64,000 bases of DNA from Octopus sinensis (GCF_006345805.1 NC_043000.1:21948001-22012000); one strand, 5' to 3'. Positions 12,597-25,119 are shown, counted from the stretch's first letter. Made by a program: numbers and translations. Notes: generated by a model from the sequence alone, not told the origin.

Positions 12597-13320
12597 TGTA
12601 GCAAATTAGTAATTAGGGTACACACAGTATTTCATTAGCCTAGTCACTTAAGTAAAGTGAAGTACTAGAGTGCGTAGTAGGCTGTCAGCAATCGTCATGT
12701 CTTTACTGGTTTTACTAAGTATACTGTACACCGAATTGGGCGTTACAATAATCCAATATCTTAAAGATTGTAATAGTGGTAACGAATTAATAAACTCGAG
12801 AAAGAGTTGAACTCAAAATGTTGGTGTGCGAATTTTACAAAAAATCGTAAAAGTATGGAAAATTTGTTGGCAAGTTTGCTCAAGTTGCGAAAACAGCAGC
12901 AGATACAACTACACGAGCAACAAATGCTGCAACCACTGAAGTCATTAGAAAAAGTGTTCCTGCCAGACTGTCGCAAATTCCATAACAAAGTTAAATACGA
13001 ACCTGACAAAGGGGTTACCTTCAAAGCATACTACAGAAGATATAAGCGAATCTTTGTGAAAGAATGTAAAGAGAAGGACGAGGAGATGAAAACTGGCAGC
13101 AACAGAACAGTAAATATGTACTCCCAAGAAAACCTTGACAAACTTTAATGGCACAATAGGTATATTGTGTAAAATTTTTAGTGAAAAAAGCTCATTGTGC
13201 AACACGTTGGAAGTGTCTGAACATAGAGAAAAACATTGAGGACTACATCACATATTATTGGTAGGGTTCACAAGGAATGCAAGAAGTTCAAACTGGACGA
13301 ATTAATGCCTGATTTTTATA
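12597..13320 (+). mobile_element. Ty3/Gypsy remnant: possible LTR (12597-12775), PBS-like TGGTAACGA, gag fragment
   Basis: KYEPDKGVTFKAYYRRYKRIFVKEC and SEKSSLCNTRWKCLN resemble the Gypsy gag N-terminus; frameshifted. Confidence 0.65.
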
Positions 13321-13374
13321 CAAGTCCAATGGTTTTGCTTCCTAAGAAAGACTATGGATGGACCCCATCTCTTC

Positions 13375-13740
13375 AGAAAAATTGCTAATAAAAACATTTT
13401 AAAAGTTTTTACTTCATTCCGATGTAAAATCGTCTTGCTGTTGCTATCGCTGCTTTCAGTTTCGGATACAGAAATATCCTATTCATTCTCGTACACCACG
13501 TGCTTTTGTACCTCATTCATTCTTTTTCTCGATATCTCTATATTTTCTGTTGAAAAACCTTTAAATTCGGAATCACTGCTTGGTAGCATGAAATTCTTAT
13601 CCATTTTCAAAGTTGAAAAAAAATCGACGCTGAAAAAATAGAGGGAAAAAAATCTCCCAAAATTCACTGAGTTCAGATATCGCATCAAGCAATGTCGGAC
13701 ACTTATAACTCAACAACAATGGGTATCGACTTCATAATGT
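13375..13740 (-). mobile_element. piggyBac-like transposase N-terminal fragment
   Basis: SSDSEFKGFS...DISVSETESSDS acidic N-terminus, similar to the other piggyBac remnants in the window. Confidence 0.5.
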
Positions 13741-13799
13741 AGATTCCTTGTTACTTTGTTAACTCAGCCTGTTTTTTTTTTCTATTTGTATTTTAATAG

Positions 13800-13991
13800 G
13801 TGATGTTGGGTTTGATGATCGAGAAATACTGCGAGACGCCACAAATCTAGAAGAGTCTTTGTTCAAAAGTCCTGACATTACCAGTCCTCGGGCTCCTGAA
13901 GAAATAAAAAGCATTGATGAGCCAGAGAAATCATTAGATGTGGACATGACAGCTCCTGTCACCAATGAACTTGATGAACCTAGCTTTATGG
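13800..13991 (+). CDS. RAD21: RAD21 coding exon 4 (GDVGFDDREILRDA...)
   Basis: DDREILR separase-type motif; TAG|G acceptor, GTAAGT donor; 192 nt. Confidence 0.95.
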
Positions 13992-14043
13992 GTAAGTTTT
14001 AATGATTTTACATATAATGAAAATACTTTGCCTGTATATTTAA

Positions 14044-16812
14044 CCCTTTAGTGTTCAGATTAATCTGTCAAATGTGATGCTTATCTGTTCACGTTATTTT
14101 GAATTATTCGGGTTCAATAATATTTACTTGTGACTTATTGTCCACAATATTTACTTGTGACTTAAATTTTTTACATAGAGATTTAAAATTTTGTTGGTGG
14201 GTGCTTATATACCAGTGGATTAGAGTTATGTAATTTTAGCTGATCTTGCTGATTAAGTTTTACTTCTATGGGCAGGTAAATTTAATTAACAAGTATAAAA
14301 GCAATAACATGGATAAACACTAAAATTGAAATTCTTAATGCATCTTACCTGTTTGATTTATTAGTAAAATTATCCCAGATGTCAACTGCCAACAGTTTTG
14401 CCACTTTTCAAGATGTGGTACATTAATTTGAATTAATTAAAATACAAGTATTATCAGTACAAGATTTTATTCTTTTTCTATATTTCATTCAAACATTTTC
14501 ATTGAAAATAAAGTACAAAACTCTTTTACTATTCAATATACCATTGGCTATGTACTCTTATACAATTTAATGAATACATTTAGATAACAGAATGCATCTA
14601 ATAAAATAAATGCTCATTAACAGGTGAGGCAAAGGTGAATACAGGTGTGTAACATCCTGAAAATTAATATGTATTTCTCACTTTTGCATATTATTTGTAA
14701 TAAAATGAAAGGAAAATATAATAGTATTACTATCAAACAACAAAATATAGTTATGCCATATTTCTATCATGAAATTGTCGAAAGCACCCTTTACACAAGG
14801 GCACTTTACACGATGAACACATGAGGTCTTGATCTGATATCCTTTTGCAGTTTTTCTTCTTTGCAGCGAACGCAGTCTGCAAATGGTTTTCCTTCCATTT
14901 ATTTTTTCTACTTTATGGAAGTCAATTTCTCTGACATCCACCTCAGTTAATTTTGCTTTTTTTCCAGTTCTGTGTCTTTTAGAAGAAAAGCTCTCAGAGG
15001 CTTTTTACAATATATAAATTTACTGTAGTTAGACATAATGCTGGCGATATATGGATCACCATACCTTATATCAGGATTCCAGTAGTTCCACAGTCGAGGA
15101 AGCTGCTTGGTACCAAACATAATGTTTATAGGAAAAAAGCTTGCGTTTCTGCAATATCAGTGGATCGGGTCTTCCACAAATATAAATTATGTGCTAGGTA
15201 TTTGTTTCCCTCATGACCATTTCAAAAAATGTTTTAAGTAAAAAAAATAATAATAAATAGTTCGATAGTTGAGCATCGGGAGGTAGGCCATATTGTGGAC
15301 TAGTCTTTTCTGTGAAATTGGGGATTCTGGTTGATATAGTAATCTTCAACCATGTTGCCATAATGCTTTTCAATATCATTTTCATTATCAAAATCTTCTC
15401 CATCCGACAAAGGTTCTAAATGTCATTATGATTCGTCCGAAGACAAATCACTGTTTTCGTTTATGTTTTGTACATCATGAAGAGTAAAACCTTCAAAGTT
15501 GGAATCACTACTTGCTGGCGCCATATCATTAAAAGCTAAGATATACACTTCTCTTCAAACGTTGGAAAAAACCAAGAAGTCTTCAAAATTTCACCATATT
15601 TTTATTTGAATAAAGGCAGGAAAGGTTTTATCTCGAATTATCTTAACCCTTTCGTTACCAAACCGCCCGAAAAAATTTTGGTTTATGAGACCAAACCGCC
15701 CAAAGCCGCCTATTCATATTTAAATGAGAATATCAGAGCAAATCTCTTCAGTACATTCGTGAAAACACGTATTATACTTCGTAAACAGTTCAACTACAGT
15801 TTTGTACAATAATCGAAGTGTAATTTTAATTCCGTGAATTTTGGGAGATTTTTTTCCGAAATTTGTTCCTATTGTGTTTTCAAAATTTGTAATTCTGACA
15901 AAAAATGGATACGAATTTCATTATATCAAGTAGCGAGTCAGAATTCGAAGGATTTTCTACTGAAGACCTTCATAAATCTAACTCCTATGACTGAAAAAAA
16001 AAAGCATGTGGAATTTGATAATGAATCTGATGTTTCATTTTCCGAAAGTGAAAACAGTGAATCTGAGATCTCCGATAGCGATAAAGAAAACGAATTGGCA
16101 CCTGAATGGAGTGAAAATTTAAAAACTGTTTCTTTCGGTGATTTTTCTGAAGAAACTGAATCAAGCCACAGACTTTCCCAGAAGAGTAAAACCTTAGGCT
16201 ATTTTTATTTACTTTTTCGAATGAGCCCATTTGAAATCATTACGGCGAAAACGAACCGTTACGCTAAACGTAAACAAAGCGAAAGAAAGGATAGTTTGTT
16301 GTTTCCCACAACCTTAAATGAAATTAAGACTATTTTGCCATAAATATTATTATGGGTATCAGAAAGTTACCCAGAATAACAAATTCTATCGTAAAATTTT
16401 GTTGTATACCCAATTGAATATTAGCTAATAACCCATTTTCTATAGGGATGTTTGAACAAAATTTTAATAATTTTATATTTTGTGGAATTTACCTGTATCT
16501 ACCTGCAATTAGAGTCACTTTGTGACAAAAATTATAGTATAGAATTGGTTGAGAATATTTCATTAAATTATCTTCCAAAAATCAGATTAATATATCGATA
16601 AATAAAAAAGTTATTGTTGTTTAATGAAACCAGACTAAATTTATGATTACGTTAGAAATTAATTGAAACACATAAGGGGTGTAATTTGGTCAGAAATATA
16701 GTAACGAAAGGGTTAAAGCTACAAGAATTCAATAATGTGATTTGTTTATTTTTTTGGCGAATTCGTAGAGAAATCAGATATGGCCAGTTATGGCTGGTTT
16801 AAACACTAAAGG
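14044..16812 (-). mobile_element. Internally deleted piggyBac remnant hosting a second piggyBac insertion
   Basis: TTAA-CCCTTTAGTG left end, ACACTAAAGG-TTAT right end; minus strand reads MAPASSDSNFEGF...FFEMVMRETN and a C-terminal Cys-rich remnant (RKTICRL...KCPCVKGAFDNF). Confidence 0.6.
15647..16712 (+). mobile_element. Non-autonomous piggyBac derivative (1.07 kb)
   Basis: TTAA TSDs, 12-bp TIR CCCTTTCGTTAC, residual transposase N-terminus (...FEIITAKTNRYA...PTTLNEIK). Confidence 0.92.
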
Positions 16813-17376
16813 TTATAATAATTGTGAGAATAATCAAGAATTTGGATGGAGAGATAGTGAAATAACTATTCAGTCAAGATTTTCAAAAACTAGGTCGTAC
16901 ATTATTACCACAACCATTAAAAGTCAGTTTGGGTGCATTTATGATAGGATCAATAACATGTATGAGCTCTCTTGAGACATAGGTAAGAATTAATATGTAT
17001 TTCATTCTTCTGAACTTGTCAACTGAGTTGTTTTATCAAACTTTCTAAAATAAATGGTGATCAGTTTTATACAGGCCAGTGTGCATGAGCACAGGAATTA
17101 CTATTTCAAGGAATTCAAGTGTGAATACAACACAAATATTACAATGGATCACTGAAAATTGATTTTTACATTTATAGTAGAAATATACAGTGAAAGTTAA
17201 ATGTATATACTACTCTTGAAATATCGTCATGATTAGCCAAAACAGTGGATAAAACCAGTACAGCTGCCTGTAATTTAATGCAAATTATGTTAATACAAAT
17301 AACTGAATTGGGATGCACTCATAGTGAAATTATTCTGAATCTTTTCTTTCAAATCTATTCTCATTTTACTTTCTAG

Positions 17377-17457
17377 ATGCTCCAGTTGATGATGATGACG
17401 ACGATGATAATGGCAACAATGATGATTTTGGAGGTGAAATTGGTCAAGAATTTCTCG
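17377..17457 (+). CDS. RAD21: RAD21 coding exon 5 (DAPVDDDDDDDNGNNDDFGGEIGQEFL)
   Basis: AG/GT, 81 nt, phase 1-1, acidic linker. Confidence 0.88.
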
Positions 17458-17995
17458 GTAATTCCATATATTAGTTTCTTTTGGTTCTCTTTTAGCATCT
17501 GTAAGTGGGTGGTCAGTGGCATACAGACACATTTTAGTTGTAAATATTACATCTACTACTATAGCTTTATTATGTTGTGTGTACACCAGGTAATGTTATT
17601 AATTGGAATGGTTGTATTATACTCCTTCAGTTATGGCAGTGAATAAATGCATGAGAAAAGCTATAGCTATATTTACTTGATTTCCAATTTGTTCGTCTTT
17701 TAATCCTGATGTAATTCTTATAATTTAGAGTTCTTAATTAAAGCTATTTATAATTATCATCATCAATTTTCTATGTAAATATTGATGTTGATCTATCATA
17801 GCAAGGATACATGCCAAAATTTATATCTAAACATTTTATTGGCCAATGACAATTTCTGCTGTAGAATGAATTCAATCCCTAGAATTATTGTCATAAACTA
17901 TAGATTTCATGGGAATAAATGTAGATAATTGTGTAAAATGCTACAAAATTAGGTCTACCAAAGGTTAATAACGATTTGTTTTTCCTATCTTTCAG

Positions 17996-18097
17996 ATGAT
18001 ACATTTATGGAGCCTGGTGGATTATTTGAAGATGCTCCTGTAACTGACGTTGGTATGGAACCTGAAGAACCTGTAACTGAAACCGAGAAACCTCAAG
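17996..18097 (+). CDS. RAD21: RAD21 coding exon 6 (DDTFMEPGGLFEDAPV...)
   Basis: AG/GT, 102 nt, phase 1-1; GGLFED motif. Confidence 0.9.
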
Positions 18098-18443
18098 GTA
18101 TTATTATGTTAATGCATTTTATGAATTTTTCCATTAATTTTTATGATGTATATTTGTATAATTTTTGATTTATCACTATTTCATATTTCACTGTAGAATG
18201 AATTGCTAGTTTTTTTCTATATAAGAATAATGTGTGTATTTGAATGTTCTGACAGATTTGAATTCAAATTTCTATAATTGATTTCCATTATGGAGGGCAT
18301 AATGATGGGTGTTCATAATGATTTACCCATGTAATGGGACCTCTGAGACACTAATGTTTCAATATTGTTGTATTTCCTCAGTCTAAGATGGCCTGTCCAA
18401 CCACTGAAGCTAACGAGGGCACAAGCTCTTGTTCATAGAAAAC

Positions 18444-18625
18444 GTCATCATTTAATGTTTATTTTCCATGCTAGCATGGGTTGAAGGATTTGACAGAAGC
18501 TGGCAGGCCAGATAGCTGCACCAGGATCCAATTGTCTGTTTTGGTATGGTTTTTGCAGCTGGATACTGTTCCTAACGCCAACCGCTTTGCAGTGTGTACC
18601 AGGTGCTTTTTACGTGGCACCAGCA
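18444..18625 (-). mobile_element. (GAT)n-tailed retroposon, decayed copy
   Basis: CCATGCTAGCATGG palindrome next to a CAT tail. Confidence 0.75.
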
Positions 18626-18734
18626 CCTGCTGGCTTGCAAGAGAAGGACCTCACAACAGAGATTAGAATAAACGAACATAATTCATGGATGCACACCGGG
18701 CAGTGAAGATTCAAACATGAATATCTAATAATTT

Positions 18735-18876
18735 AGTTCTATATTTAAGAGATGAGGAATTATGTACATTATTTATATTTGACGGATATTTGTCCTCATC
18801 TTGGAGGGTATATCAGCTGAAACATTGTGTTAACAACAAAGATGAGGACAAATATCCATCAAATGTAAATAATGTA
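18735..18876. mobile_element. Penelope-like 3' fragment with an inverted duplication
   Basis: Matches 45705-45862; left arm is the reverse complement of the right arm. Confidence 0.6.
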
Positions 18877-19136
18877 TCTAATTATTTGTTTTGCATTATT
18901 GAAGAACACCTCCTCTTAGATTGTGTTTTCATAACACAATTCACTGTTGTAAGGGTACTTTAAGATACTGCTGTGTTTCAGCCTCATTGTGTCTCCACAT
19001 TCAGAGCTATGCTGCCAATCTGATGAAACTAGCACCAGCTCTTGTTTATAAGAATCAGCAAACAGATTGTATGCTGGTGAATGCTGTTGTCTGCTAAACA
19101 TTATAATAACTTTTGATTTTTCCCATTTCATTTTAG

Positions 19137-19322
19137 AACCTGAAGCTGCTCCACAACCAGCTGAAGCAAAAGCTGCTCCACCTACAGAGCCTGAGACTCC
19201 TGCACCTGAAACTACTAGTGAAGTCAATGAAACCACTGGTACTTCTGGAGAACAAACAACACTTGTTCATAATGAAGATGAGGCCTTTGCTTTGGAGCCC
19301 TTAGATGTCTCGAATATACCAG
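19137..19322 (+). CDS. RAD21: RAD21 coding exon 7 (EPEAAPQP...TTLVHNEDEAFALEPLD)
   Basis: Conserved TTLVxNEEEAFALEP motif; 186 nt, phase 1-1. Confidence 0.95.
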
Positions 19323-19849
19323 GTCAGTTTAGTAGGTATTGATTAAGGTTCTTTTAAATGTTGTCCTTGTTTTAGATGTAGTTTGTGCATGGGCTGTACT
19401 GTGAATGTTTCGACCAGTGAAAAGTGTTTGTATATTTTTGGGTTGTATATATTTTTTAATTATTTATTATTTCACTAATATTCTCTTTTATAATATTAAC
19501 AAATTATGTATGTATATAATATGTGATGTAAAGGGATTGGTATTTTAGTTACAAATCCCATTAAGATCAAAATGTACTAATAATATATTGAAAATCATTT
19601 AAATTAACAATGACCAACTTATATGAGTATGTAACTTTGTGGTTTCAGTAGTCATTGCATCTCAGAGAACCAACTGAATGATTTAGTGTTTAGGGTTTGT
19701 TTACAATTTGGTTTTAATGGACATTTTGTGCTTTTGCCTTTTTGAAGTGAATAAAATAGGTGCTTGTTTGGCTCCAAACCAGCTCTGGTTGAGCAGACTT
19801 GTGATCAAAGCTATACAAGTTATAAACATTCCATCTTCATTTCAATTGT

Positions 19850-20400
19850 TGGGTCTGGGATCAATGCGATTAATGTCCTTGAATTGTATTGATGACTGCA
19901 AGGAACAGATTCCAGAATGCTGGTGGCGAGTAAAGCATTGTGTGGGTAGCAAGAGGTAGAGGGACAAGTGAGTCAGTTGAAGATAGTTCAGAACAGTAAT
20001 TGCCATGATCGTAGTAAATAGAAAATGTAGTGTGGAAACTGTCTGGGTCAAAGGTTAGAATGCGTTGACAAGTGGCTTCATCCTAGATATGGGCAACTTG
20101 TAGCCCAAGGGACTTTAATGGTGTGCCTAACAAAAAGAAATTACCTCATCCTGCCTGATGAGGAGCTGTGTCTCATGCTGCCTGCTTCTTGAAAAAAAAA
20201 GTTGCTGATTCCTGCTCTATACTGATCTGATCAGCACCTATTTGGGGAATGTTGTCTAAGATATTTATAGATGTAACAGCAGTATTCCATTGTTGGTTTC
20301 ACTTGAACATTATAGACTTGGGAACTGAATTATTTTGTCCCTAAAAGTGGAATCCAGTCTTTGGCAGTGTAGTTGTTGCTGTAACATGTACCCCATACTT
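19850..20400 (-). mobile_element. Old CR1-like LINE 3' fragment
   Basis: YNVQVKPTMEYCCYI and FKDINRID remnants. Confidence 0.55.
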
Positions 20401-20531
20401 TATATTTTCTGTTAAGTGGTAAATATGCAAGCTAAGTGTTTTGGGGTTGATAATTTTTCATCTTTGAGAAGATTGGTAAACAAATATCAATAGTATAGGC
20501 ATGATTCAGTTATTTCTCCTTACTTTTATTC

Positions 20532-20574
<43 letters not shown>

Positions 20575-20779
20575 AAATTAAAACACCCCTGTACCTAGTC
20601 AAGAGAAAATCTGTTTGGGAGTTCAAAGTAGTCACACTGCTTATCATTTTCAAACCTTACTGCAACCACTGTTGCACATACATGCAAGGTTAGCAGTAGC
20701 AACAGCAGCTATTCTTTGTTGCCAAGTATTTTCTTCTTTTCCTCTCTTATTCACCAGAATTAACAAATAAGTTGAATCC

Positions 20780-21450
20780 ATGTGATTACACAAGTTACAA
20801 CTGGTGAATGGAGGTGGGCATGACTTGAGTTGTTTTCAAACAATTTTGCTACAGATTTATGCCAAAGTGTTCAATTCACTGCAGGTATTTGAGTTGATGT
20901 TGGTCTACTTCATAGTCTGTTGATTCTGTAATGTCATAGATGACATCCTTGAGGTGTGCCAGTGCTATGCTCATGGGGAATTTACTCATAGTTTACATAG
21001 GCTGTCCATCTGGACCAATGCTTGATGACAGTGATTTCAAAGTTGTTGGCTTTGGCTTTCTCGGGGGCAGAAATATTAGTGTCATATTTCTCCTGTTTTA
21101 TTTCATGATTGTTCAGAGCTTGGGCTGGTATGAAGCACTCTTGTTTCTTGTCTTAACAATATAGGATCTGTGTTTCGTATCTGTAGAGTAAGGCTGAAAT
21201 AATGACAACTTGATACTTGAGTGAAATATTGATCTGAACGCGGCAAGGCCAGCACAATTACTGTTCTCTACAATCCTTCCCAGTTGCATTGCGTTGAGAG
21301 GAGAGAGTAAAATGCTTTGTAGAGGAGTCAATAGTACCTGTAGTAAGGTTTGAAACTGATAATCCACTTCACATACTTTAACTTCAAAACGATTTACATA
21401 ATGAGGTAAAGAATATGTACAGGAATGATACTTATTGACATCAAGGAAGA
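20780..21450 (-). mobile_element. Old RTE LINE 3' fragment
   Basis: YQVVIISALLYRYET...RWTAYV remnants with stops. Confidence 0.6.
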
Positions 21451-23297
21451 TAGTGTTTCATAAATATATTGGCGCATCTTCAAAAAATGTTCAGTCATAA
21501 TGCTGAAAAGAAATGAATCATTTGTAATCTGCAGTGGCCTCCTGATGTTCACTGTGTTTATATCAAAAGAACCTCTTCTGAAATATATTCATAACTGTCA
21601 GTGATTGATATATCTAATTCAAGGTCAACTCCATGGTTATGCTTGCTATGCTTTACGCATAGTGCTGCAGCAGCAGCTTTAAAAATTCAAATTTAGATTT
21701 GTAATTGCTTAAGGACCCTTTTTTTTTTCAATGCATTACAGTAATAAGGATAAATACATGGCAAGAAATAGCCGAGAACATTTAGAGAACACAAAATTTA
21801 CACTAACAATATCAGACATTGTATGACATTTTATTGTTTGATATAAGAATTTATAAACTTTTGCAAGCATGAAATAATTCTTTTTTGGAATAACTGATTT
21901 CAAAGCACAAAAAGCTGTAAATAATGGGTTCAAAAATGCTAACACCTGTCATGCCTACAAATGTGGGTTCAGGTCCCACAGGCAGTCCTTGTCCTTTTTT
22001 CTCTCCAGAAGATTTCTGCATCCTAATACTTACGTGCTATTACTTATAGCTTTATTTGCTTCTAAATTCACTATTCCAAAAACGAATTTCATTTTTATTT
22101 TTATGTATTTTATATGACCTGGTTACAGGTTTGTAATGAGTCGATCACTGGTTCACTATTTCTGACGGTGAAAGTGGCAGGAGTGTCAGTAAGTTGGAGG
22201 ATCTCAATAGGTTTTATTCCTAAACCTCTGTTTTTGTTTGTTTTTCTTGATGTTTTATATCCTTCAGCCAAAGTTAGACACAGCATAAATACACATCCAC
22301 ATATATATTTACACACGTACGCTATGCCAGTCTGAAAAGCAGGTGCTTCTGGCAGGTTCTGTTCAACAAATTTCACTCAAAACACTTTAAACCGCCCAAA
22401 GCTATAGAAAAAGGCACTTGTTCAAAGTGACATATAAGGGGATTGAACAAAGACCCATGTTGCAAAATGAATTTAAGCTCACAGCTATAGCTGCTCTTAT
22501 CAAGTGAAATTGTGTGTTGACAATAACACAATGACTATTTATGTCTCATTTTAGAAGATAAAGAAAGGATGTGTGCTCACTTTTAGTGACTAAAGAGTTA
22601 AGCTAATTATCTTTTCCTATTTCTTAAATATAAGTTATGACGAGTATTCTCCAGTTATATATAGTAATTAAATATATGCTTTAGAAAATAAAGTTAACAA
22701 ACTGGCATGCATGTGTGTGTGGGCACACACAACCATACATACATATAAATGTTAGTGTGTTAATTGTTCATTAAAAGCTTCTTGATTATCCAACTATATT
22801 TGATATAGGCGGTATTGTCTGTCTGGAAATGGAGGTAGGGGTCTTTTCTCCCCCTCCCCCCCCCCCCCCAGTTTCATTCCTAAAAATTCTTCTACTCGCT
22901 ATTTCACCTGCTTCTCCACTCTATATTACTTGCAACTCTTAGTCTTTAATTATATTGAGATTGTTGGTCTAATAGACAGCATGAGGTAGGCGGTTGGGAG
23001 AGAACAAAGGTCATGCACAAGCAACAAATTATTTTAATAATCTAAGAAAAAAATATTTTCTTCTCAGTAAATCATAATTATGAAATGAAATTTTGTTTTA
23101 AAAAAATCCATATTCTAATAAATTTATGCTTACTAAGTCCATTCTTCTCCAAAAATTATATTTTCCCCCTTGTATATTCTTTTTATCCTGGAGACTCTCT
23201 GCACAAATTTGTGTTAATGAGTAGACTAATAATGAACGTCTGTATTTTCTTATTTTAAGGTGACTGATACAGTTAGTTTAATACTTGATTTTTGTAG

Positions 23298-23521
23298 GGC
23301 AAGAAAGAAAAGGTAAACGTAAGCGTAAGCTTATTGTGGATGAACAAAAAGGTATTCCAAGTGAAACTATGAAGCTGCAGTTAGCTGACACTGCAGACAT
23401 AATAACTACTTTAGATTTGGCACCACCAACTAAAAAGTTGATGCACTGGAAAGAAACTGGTGGTGTAGAAAAATTATTTGCGCTACCCGGTCGACCCATA
23501 ATCTCTAAATTTACATGGCGA
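23298..23521 (+). CDS. RAD21: RAD21 coding exon 8, STAG/SA-binding region ([10 protein letters not shown]...[23 protein letters not shown])
   Basis: Highly conserved motif; 224 nt, phase 1 to 0. Confidence 0.99.
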
Positions 23522-23984
23522 GTAAGTAAAGAACGGTCTCAGTAATTTCTGTTTTATTTTTCCCAACATTTCAATCACTTTCAATTTCACTCTCACATTC
23601 TTGCTAATACACACACTTCCTCTCATTTTTCTCTCTCTTTCTGTCTCAGCAACAGTGTAAGAGATTAGTTGATTTTAAAATTATCTTTTTTTATATATTT
23701 CTTTAATTCAATCTGTATTTTTGTCTATTCTGTTTTAAAGGGCAATTCTTGCAAGCAAAATGTTTAACTTTTGTAAGATGCTTATAACTTGAAGTGACTT
23801 TGCTGGAAATGAATTCAAAAATATCTATATTGAAAAATGTGCCCTGTCATTAAACCACAGTTCAGTCCACATTTGTGCAGTGCATGGATCTTTAAAAAAA
23901 AAAATGTTGTGGGAGGGGGGTCGTTTTTACATATATATATATATATATCATATTTTCTTAATTTGCCTTTTCTTTTTATTAAAG

Positions 23985-24255
23985 CTATTTGGTAGAAACT
24001 TAATTACTAAACCTATGAATACTGAAGAAGAGGAGGATCACGAAGGAGAAAAAATAGAGTTGGAATCACCTGAGTTGGCTCGTGATGAACACGATCAACT
24101 TGTTCAGCCACACCAAAATCTTCATCTTCCTTTCCCAGCAGGGACACCACAAATGCAACAGCAGCAAACTCCTTTACATCAAAATGCACAGCTAAATCAT
24201 CAAGCACAAATGACACCCCAACAACTGCAAGCGACCCTTCAGCCTACAAAGAGAG
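23985..24255 (+). CDS. RAD21: RAD21 coding exon 9 (LFGRNL...SPELAR...Q/H-rich)
   Basis: AAG acceptor, GTCAGT donor; 271 nt, phase 0 to 1. Confidence 0.92.
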
Positions 24256-24319
24256 GTCAGTACTTCTTTAATCAATTATAATTGAGTGATTAAATCTCCT
24301 TGAGTATCTCAGTTTAGAA

Positions 24320-24597
24320 CAGTGGTTCTCAGCCAGGGTCCACGTAATAAAAATAGTAAATTGGGTCCAAAATATTATTTCAAGAGTGGATGAAAAATGT
24401 TGCTCTAGATGTATTGCAAAACACGGCTAGGTTTCCGTCTCTAATGTGTTACATAGTTCAACCTACACAAGTGGAAGAAGTATCTATATCTATAAAATTA
24501 GTTTTTAAACATAGTAATGCTATGGAGATGCACCAGAATGAAATAGTAATCAAAAAGGGTCCTTAAATAAATAAAAAAAAATGTTTGGGAATTGCTG
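24320..24597. mobile_element. hAT/Charlie-like MITE; related copy at 43830-44415
   Basis: CAGTGGTTCTCA end, degenerate opposite end, 8-bp flanks GTTTAGAA/GTCTAAAG. Confidence 0.65.
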
Positions 24598-24671
24598 GTC
24601 TAAAGGTAAGGGGTGAAACATAACAGGCTTTATGTAAGATTGTAATCCATGAAATGCTCAAAACTTCTTAA

Positions 24672-25119
24672 CCCTTTTGATACCAACCCGGCTCTGGCTC
24701 TGAGTACAAATGTCTTGTTTTCAAAAGTTCTGAATTAAAATCTTCCACCAAATCTTAGTCACAATTTATGTTCCTAGCGCTAGCTTTATGATAACTAAGT
24801 TACGATGGTGATGATGATTTTACTAAATTCTTTGTTATATTTAACCCTTTAGTGTTTAAACCGGCCATATCTGGCCCAGATATTCTACATGTTTTATATT
24901 CAAACTGGCTATATCTAGCCTCTCACACCTAACCTACATTGACATTCTAAAAATAAACAATCACATCATTGAAACCTCAAAGCTATAAAATAATGCCTGA
25001 TTTTTCAAAACAATTTGAGTGAAGAAGTATTACATTTAACAGAGTAATCTGAACACTAAAGGGTTAAAGTAATTGAAAGAAACAGAGAGCATCTCAAAAT
25101 AAATACAATAACGAAAGGG
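24672..25119. mobile_element. TTAA-flanked piggyBac MITE (outer element)
   Basis: TTAA-CCCTTTTGATAC...TAACGAAAGGG-TTAA. Confidence 0.8.
24845..25063. mobile_element. 219-bp TTAA-flanked piggyBac MITE nested in the outer element; decayed relatives at 44758-44942 and 48082-48625
   Basis: 12-bp TIR CCCTTTAGTGTT, TTAA on both sides. Confidence 0.9.

Noticed and set aside
22851-22869. Poly-C run, G-quadruplex potential on -
   Set aside because: Simple homopolymer with no further support
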